Assembly: GCA_001643675.2 (NCBI GenBank)
Contig: LSRY02000007.1
Coordinates: forward strand, 1,922,001-1,986,000
DNA from: Monocercomonoides exilis PA203
Taxonomy: Eukaryota > Protista > Preaxostyla
Length of the DNA stretch: 64,000 bases
Direction: 5' to 3'
Of the stretch, positions 39,402 to 49,759 are shown in pieces. Position numbers and translations under genes: made by a program. The notes below the pieces were generated by a model. That model saw nothing but the letters and a program-made list of their open reading frames with translations, had not been told where the DNA came from and ran no database searches. Each line of letters starts with the position of its first letter. The first letter of the stretch is position 1.

Positions 39402-40946
39402 TCAAGTGAAAGCATCCAAAACTTCAGAATAGCCAACAAGACTTGGTTCGATGTTAAGTTGCGCAAGAAACATCCCCATCGAAAACGGCGCGTCATCCTC
39501 CTCTTTCGTTCCTTCTTTTCCAGTTTCTTTCCCTTCCCCTTCCTCCGCATTTGCTTCTTCAAGTCCGCCTTCTTCTCCTTCAAAAAATCTGTCATTTTCG
39601 TCTTCTTCGTAATTGCTTCCTTCGCCTTCTTCCTTTCCTCCTGCTTCCTCTCTGATTTTCTCGCTGCAACTTATGAATGATCTCCTTTTTCCATTGTCTT
39701 TCCATGTCTTTCCGTGTGAGCTCTCCTTTTTATCAAAATCGTCGAATCCAAACCCGAATCCGAATCCGAACCCAAATCCTTCTTCTTCGTTCCGCTCTCT
39801 TTCTGCCTTCAGCACTTTCATCTGTTTGTAATGCTCCTCTGCTTGAGGCAACAGCAGCTCCAGCAGCTCCACTGTCACTTTCTTCCATTTCTCGCACAAG
39901 CCGTTAAGTTCAGCAAGTCGGGCCTCGTTTGTTGTACTCGAAGAAGAAAATCCCCCTTTTGACTCTTTGTCATCTTTCTTCTCATTTCTTCCTTTCTCTT
40001 CAGCTTTTGTTTCTCCACAGTTCGTCTCATTTTCACTTTTTTCTTCCTTTTTCTTTTCTTCTGACGAGGCATGAGCTTTGTTCAAAGTTTCCGCTCTCTT
40101 TATCAGCGCAGAAAACTGAGAATAAGGATTAGTTGCAGCTGGGGACGAAAACGCTGAACTTCTTCCTATTCCAGTTTTCATGGTAGTCGATACTGTTTTC
40201 TGAGAAAAACGATTTGTCAGCCTTGGCATAGATGTTTTCTTGGAGTCAACGGTTTGTTGTGCAGTTTGCTTTTCCAATTCCGATATGTTCAAAGAAAACG
40301 TTGGAAATAAGGGGAAAGTGAACGGAGGAAGCTTCGGAACTTTTAGTTCATTAATTGGAGATTCATCAGGTTCTGTTGGAAGAGGTAAAAAGTTTGGGGG
40401 CACTCCAAGGAGATTCGTTAACAATTCACATTTGATGGCTGGATAGGACAGCTTTTCCTGCAAAGGGCTTGTAGGCGACTGTCCAATAGATGATGCTGTG
40501 TTTGCTCCAGAATCAGTCTCAATAATTTTTCTGGGGCTTTTGAACCCAGTGGACCTTCTGATTCCTTGTGCATTTGGTGTGCTTAGATGCATGGTTGGAC
40601 GTAAAGACCGCGATAAAGGCACAGACGTCAACGACTTTCGAAAACTTGGTTGTTTCATCGCAAAAGCTTCGTACCCAGGGAGTACAAATGGTTCTTTATC
40701 AAATGTCACTTTGTTCCAGTCTGCTCCCCAAACAAATTCTTTTGGACCCAGCTTCGTCATTATGCTTTCCACACAAACATCTCCTTTTGAAGCTAAAAAT
40801 GTCAAATCCTCCTCGCTTATCCCTTTCTCTTTCAGCAAAGCTTCCTTTAGCACCGGATGATCTTCACTCGAAAGAGCTACATTAACGCTTTCAAAACCTT
40901 TGTTTTCCATTTTAGAAACAAATAAAAATTGGAGAACAAATCCCAT
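39402..40946 (-). CDS. SFR1: Sfr1/Mei5-like Rad51/Dmc1 recombination mediator (start may be ATG 40910)
   Basis: Helix ELNGLCEKWKKVTVELLELL and C-terminus FSMGMFLAQLNIEPSLVGYSEVLDAF match the recalled Sfr1/Mei5 pattern (L..LI.KW...; TM..ML..L.I...L.GY...E.F). The N-terminus is disordered and contains an FKSP motif. Confidence 0.72.
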   Translation of the reverse strand: MGFVLQFLFVSKMENKGFESVNVALSSEDHPVLKEALLKEKGISEEDLTFLASKGDVCVESIMTKLGPKEFVWGADWNKVTFDKEPFVLPGYEAFAMKQPSFRKSLTSVPLSRSLRPTMHLSTPNAQGIRRSTGFKSPRKIIETDSGANTASSIGQSPTSPLQEKLSYPAIKCELLTNLLGVPPNFLPLPTEPDESPINELKVPKLPPFTFPLFPTFSLNISELEKQTAQQTVDSKKTSMPRLTNRFSQKTVSTTMKTGIGRSSAFSSPAATNPYSQFSALIKRAETLNKAHASSEEKKKEEKSENETNCGETKAEEKGRNEKKDDKESKGGFSSSSTTNEARLAELNGLCEKWKKVTVELLELLLPQAEEHYKQMKVLKAERERNEEEGFGFGFGFGFGFDDFDKKESSHGKTWKDNGKRRSFISCSEKIREEAGGKEEGEGSNYEEDENDRFFEGEEGGLEEANAEEGEGKETGKEGTKEEDDAPFSMGMFLAQLNIEPSLVGYSEVLDAFT

Positions 40947-41640
40947 AATATAAAAAAGAACTATTCATGCAATTGGAAAGTTTGTTTCCAATGTGAAACA
41001 AAAATATAAAAATAGAATTTATAAAATTAATGTATTCAAAAAAAATTGATTTTTGTCAATCAGAGTTTGTGCTGAGTATTTGTCTTTTATGATAGAAATA
41101 TTTCATGAATAAAATAAAACAAACTATGTATGTCTTTTGCTTTATTCACTCAAAACAGTGCAAAATAATTCAATAGGTGTCTATGTTTTGGTTTGAAAAT
41201 CATATTTGAAAGGTGTTTTCATGTGCACGTTTTTTTCTGTTTTTTTTTTTTTTTTCACACAAAACTTTCTGTTCAATAATTTCGATTGAATATTAACAAA
41301 TGAACACTGAAAAATGAAAAGGCTTATTAAAAACATCTTCATCTTTATTCATTCGAATACATTTGTTTTTAAAAAAAGGTTTTGATGAAATTTTCAAAAA
41401 AAAATACAAAATCTTTACACAATGACAAAAACGTTTAAAAATCAACACACCAAAAAAAAAAAAAACATATTAAAAAAAATATTATCAAGTATATTTGACG
41501 GTTTTTCTTCAACAAACCTCATGATTCAAGACACTGTGTTTAATGTTCTCAGATTATTATTGTCAATAAAAAAATTTAATTTGTTGTTGTTTCGTTTCAA
41601 GATATTGTGATTTGGATTCCGAATTCCCATATTTTCTTTC

Positions 41641-44600
41641 ATGAAAAAATCAAAACAGTTTCATGCGTTATTCAAAAATATCTGGCTAATATTTTTTGCT
41701 GCTATTTGCATTCCATTAGATCTAGAGATCCATACTGTGGGAAATGTTACTTCATTCAAACAAAAAACAGAAATATTAACTTGGATAAGTTTGCTTAATT
41801 CGAGCTTTTGCGCAGAGAATCTGGTTTTTATAAATAATGGCATTCAGAATAGTATAAAATCTCAAGGCAATGAACATATAGAATTGCGCAATTGCGAGAT
41901 TACAGGGCAGAGAATTGGATGGAAATATTTTGCAAGAACAGACGGCAATGTCCGATGCTTCAATTTCTCTCTTACACAAGAATCCACAAACCCCCGACAA
42001 AGATTTTTATTATTTCAATTTATTGGAAATTGCGGAGCTATAGATATCAGAAAAGGGGTGTTTGAAGGGATAAATCAAGAATATAACTCACCTTTTTTGT
42101 TTTCTGGCCAATTAGCATCGGGGCGCATAATCTGTTCGCAATTCAGCAACATCACAACAAATCAAAAGCAAATAACAGGAGAGAAAAACGCACACACATA
42201 TACTGGACCAGAATGCAAAAGTAATTCGATTTTATCATTTGAACTTTCGAACAATTTATTTAATAATTCTCAATATGAGTATAGCGCGTTTGCTTATAAT
42301 CTGTGCATTACGAAAAATAATTTTGATTGCTTCAACTGTACTTCGAATGGAGCAAAGATGGGTTCTGGATTTTACCATTTAGAGGGTTCTTGTGGCTGTG
42401 AAATCAGAAATCCTTGTTTAAAGGGAAGATTTTGGGCTTTTACATTCTCTAATGTGAGTATGCGGGATATGGGAGTTGGCTTGATAACATGGCATGGAAG
42501 AAGCGGAAGCTTGCTTTGCATTTCCGACTGTCAATTTTCGGGATGCAATTCAAGAGATTGCGGAGCGTGCTTGCGCGCAGACAATGTACCAATGCTGGAG
42601 ATAAGCAACGTTTCATTTGTAAACATCACGACAGATCGGCCATTTGAAGGAAGAGGAGGAGCTGTATTTGCGACTGGAAAGGAGTTAAGTGTGACTGTGA
42701 ACCAATGTGTATTTTCAGAATGCTTCAGCTGGGGAAGCATGCGGGGTGGAGCAGCTGAATTCGATGTATCTTTTGGAGAGACAAAACTTGTCGAGTGCCA
42801 ATTTTTAAAATGTCACGTGAATGCTTCACTCAACAATGATGGGAACATTACAGAGAAGAAAAAACTTGAATTTTTCGGCGGAGGAGGTGGAGCGTTTTTT
42901 GAGTGTTTTGAAAACGTTTGGGAAATTTACATATTTGCTTGTTATTTTGCCAATTGCACAAGTTCACTGAGAGGTGGTGCGTTATATTTTGATAAGGAAG
43001 ATAACGGAATCGGGCAAGTTACCATCAGCAGCTCAACTTTTATAGGATGCACCTCACTGTTTCATCACGGAGACGACATATTTTGGGGTCCAGGTTCCAA
43101 GCGGGGATTAAAAGTGGTGAATTGCATGTCTCAGACAACCAAAGGCAAGGCCAGGAGGGTTGATGTGTGGTATCCGTTTGAGAAAGGTTGGGCTTCTCTT
43201 GTTGATGAAATTGCATATGTGAGTGCATCAGGTGCAGATTCAGCTGACTGCGGTGGGAGCGAAGTGACATCGTGCCTTACACTTTCGTATGTTCTTTCTA
43301 CACTGCTTTCTTCAACAAACGTGAGCCGAGTGATACTTGTCGGAGAAAGGCAGGAAAAACAGAGAAGCAAAATTACCCTTTCTCAGGAGATAAAGATAGG
43401 AAGCATTAACAGCAAGACGATACAGCCAATGAACGTCAGTGTGGAACCGTGGGGGGGATTTGATGTGATCAATTGCACACTGAGTGTGGAAAACGTGGAG
43501 TTTGATATCATTGACCTTGAAGGGGACCTGTTTTTCGTGAAAGAATCGAATGGAAAACTTTTTTTAACAAATATTACGACGCGATATTCAGGAGGATTTG
43601 GACCTTTTGTGTATGTGTTTGTACGGTTTTTTGGATGCACTTTGAACATGGATTCATGTGTAATTAATATGTACAGTCTATCAAACGAGCCGATTATCAT
43701 AGATGAAACTTTGCCTTCATCGCTGTCAACAAGGAGTGTGACAATGAATAATGTAATTGTTGCAAATATCAGCACAAGCAAAGTTAACAAGGCAGTGATA
43801 AACATTCCAACTTTCACTCAACTGGAATTGAGCAACTGCTCCTTTAACAAATTGCCATCTATGAATTGTACCACAGGCGGTGCAATGCGAATTGATATTG
43901 CTGCATCAGGAGAAACAAACATAGTTGATTCGAACTTCTCTCAATGCTCTGTCACTTCCAATTCACTTGTAACACAGGGAGGCGGAATATTCATGAAGTA
44001 CAATTCAAATGGAATTGTTAAGCTGAAGGGATTGAAATTCATGAATAATAACGCAACTGTGGGAAAGGATATATTTGTGGAATGTTCATCTCTTGAGGAT
44101 ATACTGGTAGATGATGCATTTGGATTTGCATTGGATTTAGCAATTGATGAAAGAACAAACAGTCTATTTGGGAAGGACTCGACCGCTCACACAAGCGACA
44201 CAGACCTATACGATCTTCTTCCGCCCTTTGAAGAGGTACACATTTCAAGCAATGGGACAAACTTTCTGATGTGCGGCACAGACGTTCATCCGTGTCTCAC
44301 GGTTGAATACGGATTCGGGCATGTGGAATGGAGCTTTCCTTCGGGAAGTGGAGGAGTCGGTGCGCTGATGTTTGGAATGTATGGAGTTAATTCTAAAAAC
44401 AAAGTTTTGGAAGTAAATGGAAGGGAGATGGCAATGGAAGGAATGGGAAGGGATTCCAGCATGGTTTCGTTTAGTTCAGATTCTATCGAACCAGGGATAA
44501 TTATTAGCAATAGCACACTGGAGATAATGGACGTGGAATTTGTAATAAAAGAAGGAATCACCAATCTGATAGAAGTGTATTCAGGTACTGAGCTGATTAT

Positions 44601-47600
44601 AACTGGATTCTCTGCGTTAACTACAACTACAGGTGTAGAATGTGAATGCACGATCTTTATGAGTGGAGGACTGGTGAGTCTGAGCAGTTCGTTGTTTCGC
44701 AGCATCTTTTCACACAAGTCAGTGCTTTTTATTAGCGAGCAAATGAATGGAGACCCATTTCAAGTGGAGATATCCGATGTGCTATTTGGTTCTTGCAACA
44801 GCACAACAATGGCAGGTGGAGTTTTCGTTCCTGGAAGTTTTGAAGGAGAGATAATAATGAATAGCACCAACCTTTCGCGTATTTTGTGTTCGAATGGAAC
44901 AAAAGGCGGAGCTGTTTTTGTGAATGTGACAGGCGGTACCTCAGTAAAGTTTACAAATTGTAACTTTTCGGAAAATGCACTTCCATCAACAATCGCTTAT
45001 GGAGGTGGCTTGTATATGAGCATAATGAATGAATCAGGATGGGCTCTGGAAGATCCGGAATTTGACTTAAATCAGGCAATGTATGGAGCTCAATTGTTTC
45101 TGTTTTGTAGATCATTACGCCGTGTTGTAAATGAAACATCTGTTCGATTTGTAGTTGATAACAATTCAACACTTCAGATAAGTGACATGATGGGAATGGA
45201 TTTATCAGGGCTTCCAGATCCGATCGATTTGAGAGAAGTACTAAACCCAATTGTGCCAAACCGCTGTGAGACGTATCTGTCGTGGGATATGGGAAAAGAC
45301 GCAAGTACATGCGGAGACGCTGCAGCACCATGCCGTACTCTGCACTTTACAACGAGAGTATTATTGTCTTCGTGCGCTCCAGCAAGAGTTGTTATGGCAG
45401 GACGTAGCGTACTTGAGTCTGCAGCTGTACTTACAAACATGAGCATGCAAAGTGTTTCAGACGAACACTCCATTGTTTCTATCTGGAAGGATGAACACGC
45501 GTTCGCCTCTGATACAGCCATTGCATTTGATGGAGAGTGCAGCGTAGAGCAAGTGGCTTTTCAGCTTCCAGTCAACATCTCTTCGACAACAAAAAATATG
45601 TTATATTCGAGGAGTGGTGCATTTGAATTAAGTAACTGCACATTTACGCTTGAAGGACAAGACGTTATAGATTACTGTATAATAGGTGTTGCTCTAGGAT
45701 CATTCTGTATTCAAAAGTGCGTAATATCCGAAATGATACTTGGTGACAACTTTTTAAGAATATACTCAGGCATATCAGAATCAAGAGTGTTTAGCTGTAA
45801 CTTCACAGACATTGTGACAGAGAATGTTTCATTGATTACATATTCAACATTGGGAGCATCTAGCTGGAAGTCAACTTCAACATCAACTGAAGGTTTCACT
45901 CAAGGAATTCATACAAATAAAGAAATTCCTTCGATTTCTCTTCGTTTCGGTAGAAATGCAGCTGATAAAGTAATGTTAATAAACGACACTACATTTACAA
46001 ACATCAGTCAGCATTCAGCCTCCAGTGCGGTTGTTGATTTAGCAGAAATAAGTTACAGCTCGGTTGACATCGAGCTTTGCAATTTTACGGATTGCGATTC
46101 GCTTTCGTCGCAACATGGAGGAGCGCTGTTTGCAACTGTCAACAGCGTGGCAGCAATCACAATGAAAATGGCTCATATACGATTAAGTTATTGCACTACA
46201 TCAGAAGTTGATGGGAAAGGAGGAGGGTTGCATTTAATCTTCGAACATTTCAGCGGACAAAATATGATGGGGAATTCAGACGTGGAATTTTCAGGGTTTT
46301 ATTTCGATGGAAACAAGGCTTGCTATGGAAAAGATCTGTATGTTGAAGCAAACAATCCAGAAAGCGTGATGCCACATATAGTAGTGACGCTTCTTGAACA
46401 GTACGACTACAACGATACAAACTGGTGTGTTTTTAACACTTCTTCAGCTCAATACATCGATGAATACACGCCTTTGTTGGTATTCAGAGTAAGTAAGGCT
46501 GTGGCAGATGCGGCAGGAGCAGACACTAAAGCTTGTGGAAAGGAAAATAATCCGTGCTGCACACTGAAGCATGCGCTGAACAGACTGAAACCTGCAGAAG
46601 ACGAACCTCCGGCGAGTGAGGGGCAGTTCTACAAGACGGAGTTGACGGTGGATCTGACATCTGATATGAATCTATCAGAGAGCGTTCAATTGACCTCCAC
46701 AAAGATAGACGGAATTAATGCGGGAAGCGGAGGAATCGTGTTTTTGACGGGTGCTGGTGTGGGTGCCGAGTGGATTATGTGTGCAGTTGTTGCAGAGTTC
46801 TCAAAGCTGAAGTTTTCTTTTGAGGCTGATGCAGACTTTGAGACGAAAACGTTTATTGCGTTTGAAGGAGGAAGGCCGAAAAGCTGCCTGACGCTTCGTT
46901 CGTGTGAAGTGGTTGGGCGACCATCGGCTGCTGATGGAGCAATGTTTATGGGAGGAGCGCTGGTTCGAGCAATGTCTGGAGCGCTGGTGGTGGAAGGATG
47001 CACTTTCAATTCCCTTCGGACAAAAAACACTCTGTTTGATTGTACTGGCGCTAATGTTGTATCAGTAAAGTCCTCTTCGTTTCGTTCACTGGCTGTTAAG
47101 CTGCCTGTTTTTCGGGGAGGTATTGGAGGTTCATCTGTGTCGCTGGCTGAATGCAATTTCAGAAATGTGAGTGTTGTGCATGACGAAGGAAGCGCAAGTG
47201 CTGTGCCGCTTGTTGCTGAGATTGCAGATGCAAGGAACTTCAGTATGCAGTCTGTGACCTGCTCTGAATGCAAAGTTGAAGCTAATGAAGGAACGTATGC
47301 TGCATTTTCTGCTTCACATTTTTTATTGGAAAACTGTGAATTTAATGAAAAAGTCTCTTCGTCTTCAAATGCAAAGAAAGTTTCATCTTCTTCAACGTTA
47401 TTAACATCTTCATTTTTGTTTACTCAATTGCTTAATGAAGACCAGTGGTTCATTCCAGAACAAGTGTGCACTTGGAACGGCTCGATGATTTGTGCAAGAT
47501 CTGGCGAAGGAACACTCAAAAACACAACATTTTCAAACTCGCCATATGGAGCACTGTCCGTAAGGGAGAGCAACGTTAATCTTCAGGAGATGAATTTTTC

Positions 47601-48546
47601 TTTGAACAAACCGAAGGAATTTGGAACGAACACAGCTGCCAGGCGGAATGTTCTGTGCCATTCGTCAGCAATTCATCTGGACACCACTGCCGAGTGGGAG
47701 AGGAGCAGCGATGGACAGCGTGAGGGTCAGCCGCGCTTTATCTCGATGTGGTTTTGGGAGGACAACTGCACCACGCAGGCTGGAGAAAGTCTCGATTCGT
47801 GCAATCTTTTCCAGCCGTTTCTGCAGTCTGTAAAGTCGAACATTTCAGAAAAGAAGATGAATCTTTCCTTCAACGGGACAGACTTCTTTCCGTGCCAGTT
47901 GGGATTCAAGGTGAGCATTGTGCGAAATGGAAACATCTGGAAAGAAGAAACATTCGAAATGGATACAATTCATAACGAGACAAGTGCCAATGGATCATTT
48001 GACCTTTCGTTTTTGGAGCAATCATATACTTCTGATGAAATTAAACTGAGTTTAACGTCTACAGCAAATGACAATGGCATTTGCGGCAGCAGCAAAATTG
48101 GAACCACGCAAATGCTGAGCATTGGGAAGGGATTCGGCAATGACCCATCAGACGAGGATGGGAATAAGGAGTCTCCTGAAGGTGATGCAGAAGCAATGAA
48201 AAGGAAAGCGACTGCTGTGACAGTTGTCTGCTTTGCACTGACTGGAATGTTTCTGGTTTTGTCTGTTTTGCTGACGCTGTATCTGCTTCGGATGGCAAAC
48301 AGCACAAAAAAGATGGCACAACAACTTCAAGAGAAAAGTGGTCCGAAGAAAAAGAAAAAGAAAAAGAAGAAAAGAATAACAATAAGCAGCGATGGGGAAA
48401 AAGAAAAAGAAAAAGGAGCAATTTTAAAATACGAGGAGCTTCGAAATGAGGATAGCAGAATGCTTCCTTCAGCTTCTTCTTCAGTTTCGTCTTCTTTGAA
48501 ATACACAATGACTTCATCGCCTTACGACACACAGCATTTTACTTGA
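41641..48546 (+). CDS. large type-I membrane surface protein (2301 aa) with repeated beta-helix/Pmp-like GGA modules
   Basis: N-terminal hydrophobic signal-like segment; repeated F..C.S...GGA[VL] motifs; four D...CG....[PS]C.T[LV] motifs; one TM helix at ~48214-48288; poly-Lys cytoplasmic tail. Confidence 0.85.
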   Translation: MKKSKQFHALFKNIWLIFFAAICIPLDLEIHTVGNVTSFKQKTEILTWISLLNSSFCAENLVFINNGIQNSIKSQGNEHIELRNCEITGQRIGWKYFARTDGNVRCFNFSLTQESTNPRQRFLLFQFIGNCGAIDIRKGVFEGINQEYNSPFLFSGQLASGRIICSQFSNITTNQKQITGEKNAHTYTGPECKSNSILSFELSNNLFNNSQYEYSAFAYNLCITKNNFDCFNCTSNGAKMGSGFYHLEGSCGCEIRNPCLKGRFWAFTFSNVSMRDMGVGLITWHGRSGSLLCISDCQFSGCNSRDCGACLRADNVPMLEISNVSFVNITTDRPFEGRGGAVFATGKELSVTVNQCVFSECFSWGSMRGGAAEFDVSFGETKLVECQFLKCHVNASLNNDGNITEKKKLEFFGGGGGAFFECFENVWEIYIFACYFANCTSSLRGGALYFDKEDNGIGQVTISSSTFIGCTSLFHHGDDIFWGPGSKRGLKVVNCMSQTTKGKARRVDVWYPFEKGWASLVDEIAYVSASGADSADCGGSEVTSCLTLSYVLSTLLSSTNVSRVILVGERQEKQRSKITLSQEIKIGSINSKTIQPMNVSVEPWGGFDVINCTLSVENVEFDIIDLEGDLFFVKESNGKLFLTNITTRYSGGFGPFVYVFVRFFGCTLNMDSCVINMYSLSNEPIIIDETLPSSLSTRSVTMNNVIVANISTSKVNKAVINIPTFTQLELSNCSFNKLPSMNCTTGGAMRIDIAASGETNIVDSNFSQCSVTSNSLVTQGGGIFMKYNSNGIVKLKGLKFMNNNATVGKDIFVECSSLEDILVDDAFGFALDLAIDERTNSLFGKDSTAHTSDTDLYDLLPPFEEVHISSNGTNFLMCGTDVHPCLTVEYGFGHVEWSFPSGSGGVGALMFGMYGVNSKNKVLEVNGREMAMEGMGRDSSMVSFSSDSIEPGIIISNSTLEIMDVEFVIKEGITNLIEVYSGTELIITGFSALTTTTGVECECTIFMSGGLVSLSSSLFRSIFSHKSVLFISEQMNGDPFQVEISDVLFGSCNSTTMAGGVFVPGSFEGEIIMNSTNLSRILCSNGTKGGAVFVNVTGGTSVKFTNCNFSENALPSTIAYGGGLYMSIMNESGWALEDPEFDLNQAMYGAQLFLFCRSLRRVVNETSVRFVVDNNSTLQISDMMGMDLSGLPDPIDLREVLNPIVPNRCETYLSWDMGKDASTCGDAAAPCRTLHFTTRVLLSSCAPARVVMAGRSVLESAAVLTNMSMQSVSDEHSIVSIWKDEHAFASDTAIAFDGECSVEQVAFQLPVNISSTTKNMLYSRSGAFELSNCTFTLEGQDVIDYCIIGVALGSFCIQKCVISEMILGDNFLRIYSGISESRVFSCNFTDIVTENVSLITYSTLGASSWKSTSTSTEGFTQGIHTNKEIPSISLRFGRNAADKVMLINDTTFTNISQHSASSAVVDLAEISYSSVDIELCNFTDCDSLSSQHGGALFATVNSVAAITMKMAHIRLSYCTTSEVDGKGGGLHLIFEHFSGQNMMGNSDVEFSGFYFDGNKACYGKDLYVEANNPESVMPHIVVTLLEQYDYNDTNWCVFNTSSAQYIDEYTPLLVFRVSKAVADAAGADTKACGKENNPCCTLKHALNRLKPAEDEPPASEGQFYKTELTVDLTSDMNLSESVQLTSTKIDGINAGSGGIVFLTGAGVGAEWIMCAVVAEFSKLKFSFEADADFETKTFIAFEGGRPKSCLTLRSCEVVGRPSAADGAMFMGGALVRAMSGALVVEGCTFNSLRTKNTLFDCTGANVVSVKSSSFRSLAVKLPVFRGGIGGSSVSLAECNFRNVSVVHDEGSASAVPLVAEIADARNFSMQSVTCSECKVEANEGTYAAFSASHFLLENCEFNEKVSSSSNAKKVSSSSTLLTSSFLFTQLLNEDQWFIPEQVCTWNGSMICARSGEGTLKNTTFSNSPYGALSVRESNVNLQEMNFSLNKPKEFGTNTAARRNVLCHSSAIHLDTTAEWERSSDGQREGQPRFISMWFWEDNCTTQAGESLDSCNLFQPFLQSVKSNISEKKMNLSFNGTDFFPCQLGFKVSIVRNGNIWKEETFEMDTIHNETSANGSFDLSFLEQSYTSDEIKLSLTSTANDNGICGSSKIGTTQMLSIGKGFGNDPSDEDGNKESPEGDAEAMKRKATAVTVVCFALTGMFLVLSVLLTLYLLRMANSTKKMAQQLQEKSGPKKKKKKKKKRITISSDGEKEKEKGAILKYEELRNEDSRMLPSASSSVSSSLKYTMTSSPYDTQHFT

Positions 48547-49759
48547 ACTGCACAATGTTGAAGTCAAATGTTTATGTATTTGAATATGTATTTGAATATG
48601 CATTCACCAAATTTGTCTTCTGTTTTGAACTCCTCTTCTCTGTGTTACTGAAAATTTAAGTGAACATTTCATTTCCAACAGCAAGATTATTATAAACCAT
48701 AAACAGTTTAAATAAAATTATTACAGAAAAATCTCATTTTATTCTTGCTTTTTACAATTAATAAACATCAATATTAGCATTTCACCCATTTCATTTATGT
48801 ATTTTTTATAATAATTTCAATCTTATTTTTTCACAAGTTAGCTATTAATATTTTCTTTAATCAATCATTATTTATTTATTTATTATCGTTTTAAATATTA
48901 TATCTTCACATTTATTTCAGCCGAATAAGAAACAACTCGACTATTCATATTCTGTTTGTGATAGAAACAATTTCATAATATTTTTTGTTTTTAATGAATT
49001 ATTATGTATTAGCACTTCTTTAGTTTGTTTTTATTATTGATTTTGTTTTCATTTATGAAAACTTTCTCCTTTAATTGCTTAAAATATCATGTCATTGAAA
49101 TTTGTTTCAACAAATAGGTGTCATTTAAATATTACTCAAACTTTTAAGTATTGTTATCACATTAACAAACATGCTTTCAATCATTTATAGAGAGTTTTTT
49201 TTTATAAAGTTATTTTTAAATGTTTAATTTCGAAAAATTATTCTTTTTAATCAGATGAAATCATTTGAATTTGAAATTGCGAATATTACCGTGATTTATT
49301 TATTGATTTTCAATAAAAATAAAAACAAAAATTAATATTATTAAAGAAAAAAGAAGATTACAGTTCATTTTGGAAAAAAATGCATGAAGAAAATATTTCA
49401 GTTGATAAATTCAACGGACTCATTTCTGTGCGAAATATTTAAAAGAAACAATGAATTGCTTTTCTTTTCATTTTTTATGTGAATAATTAAACCATGTTTC
49501 ATTTTGTTAGTTTTTTTTTCTATCAATATAAATTTTGATTTTCACATTTCTATTTGAAATTCACAAAATTTGAGAAGAAAATAACATCCTTTCAATATTT
49601 GTAAGTCTTAACTGGAAATTATTTGAACTTTGTCTTAACCATTTGAAACATTTAAAATTTATTAATAATAATGATCAAAATACCACAACAATTAAATTGT
49701 TCATAAATTTTTGAGTATTCTGAGCTCATTCAATTAATATTGCGTGAAATTTTTCTGTT

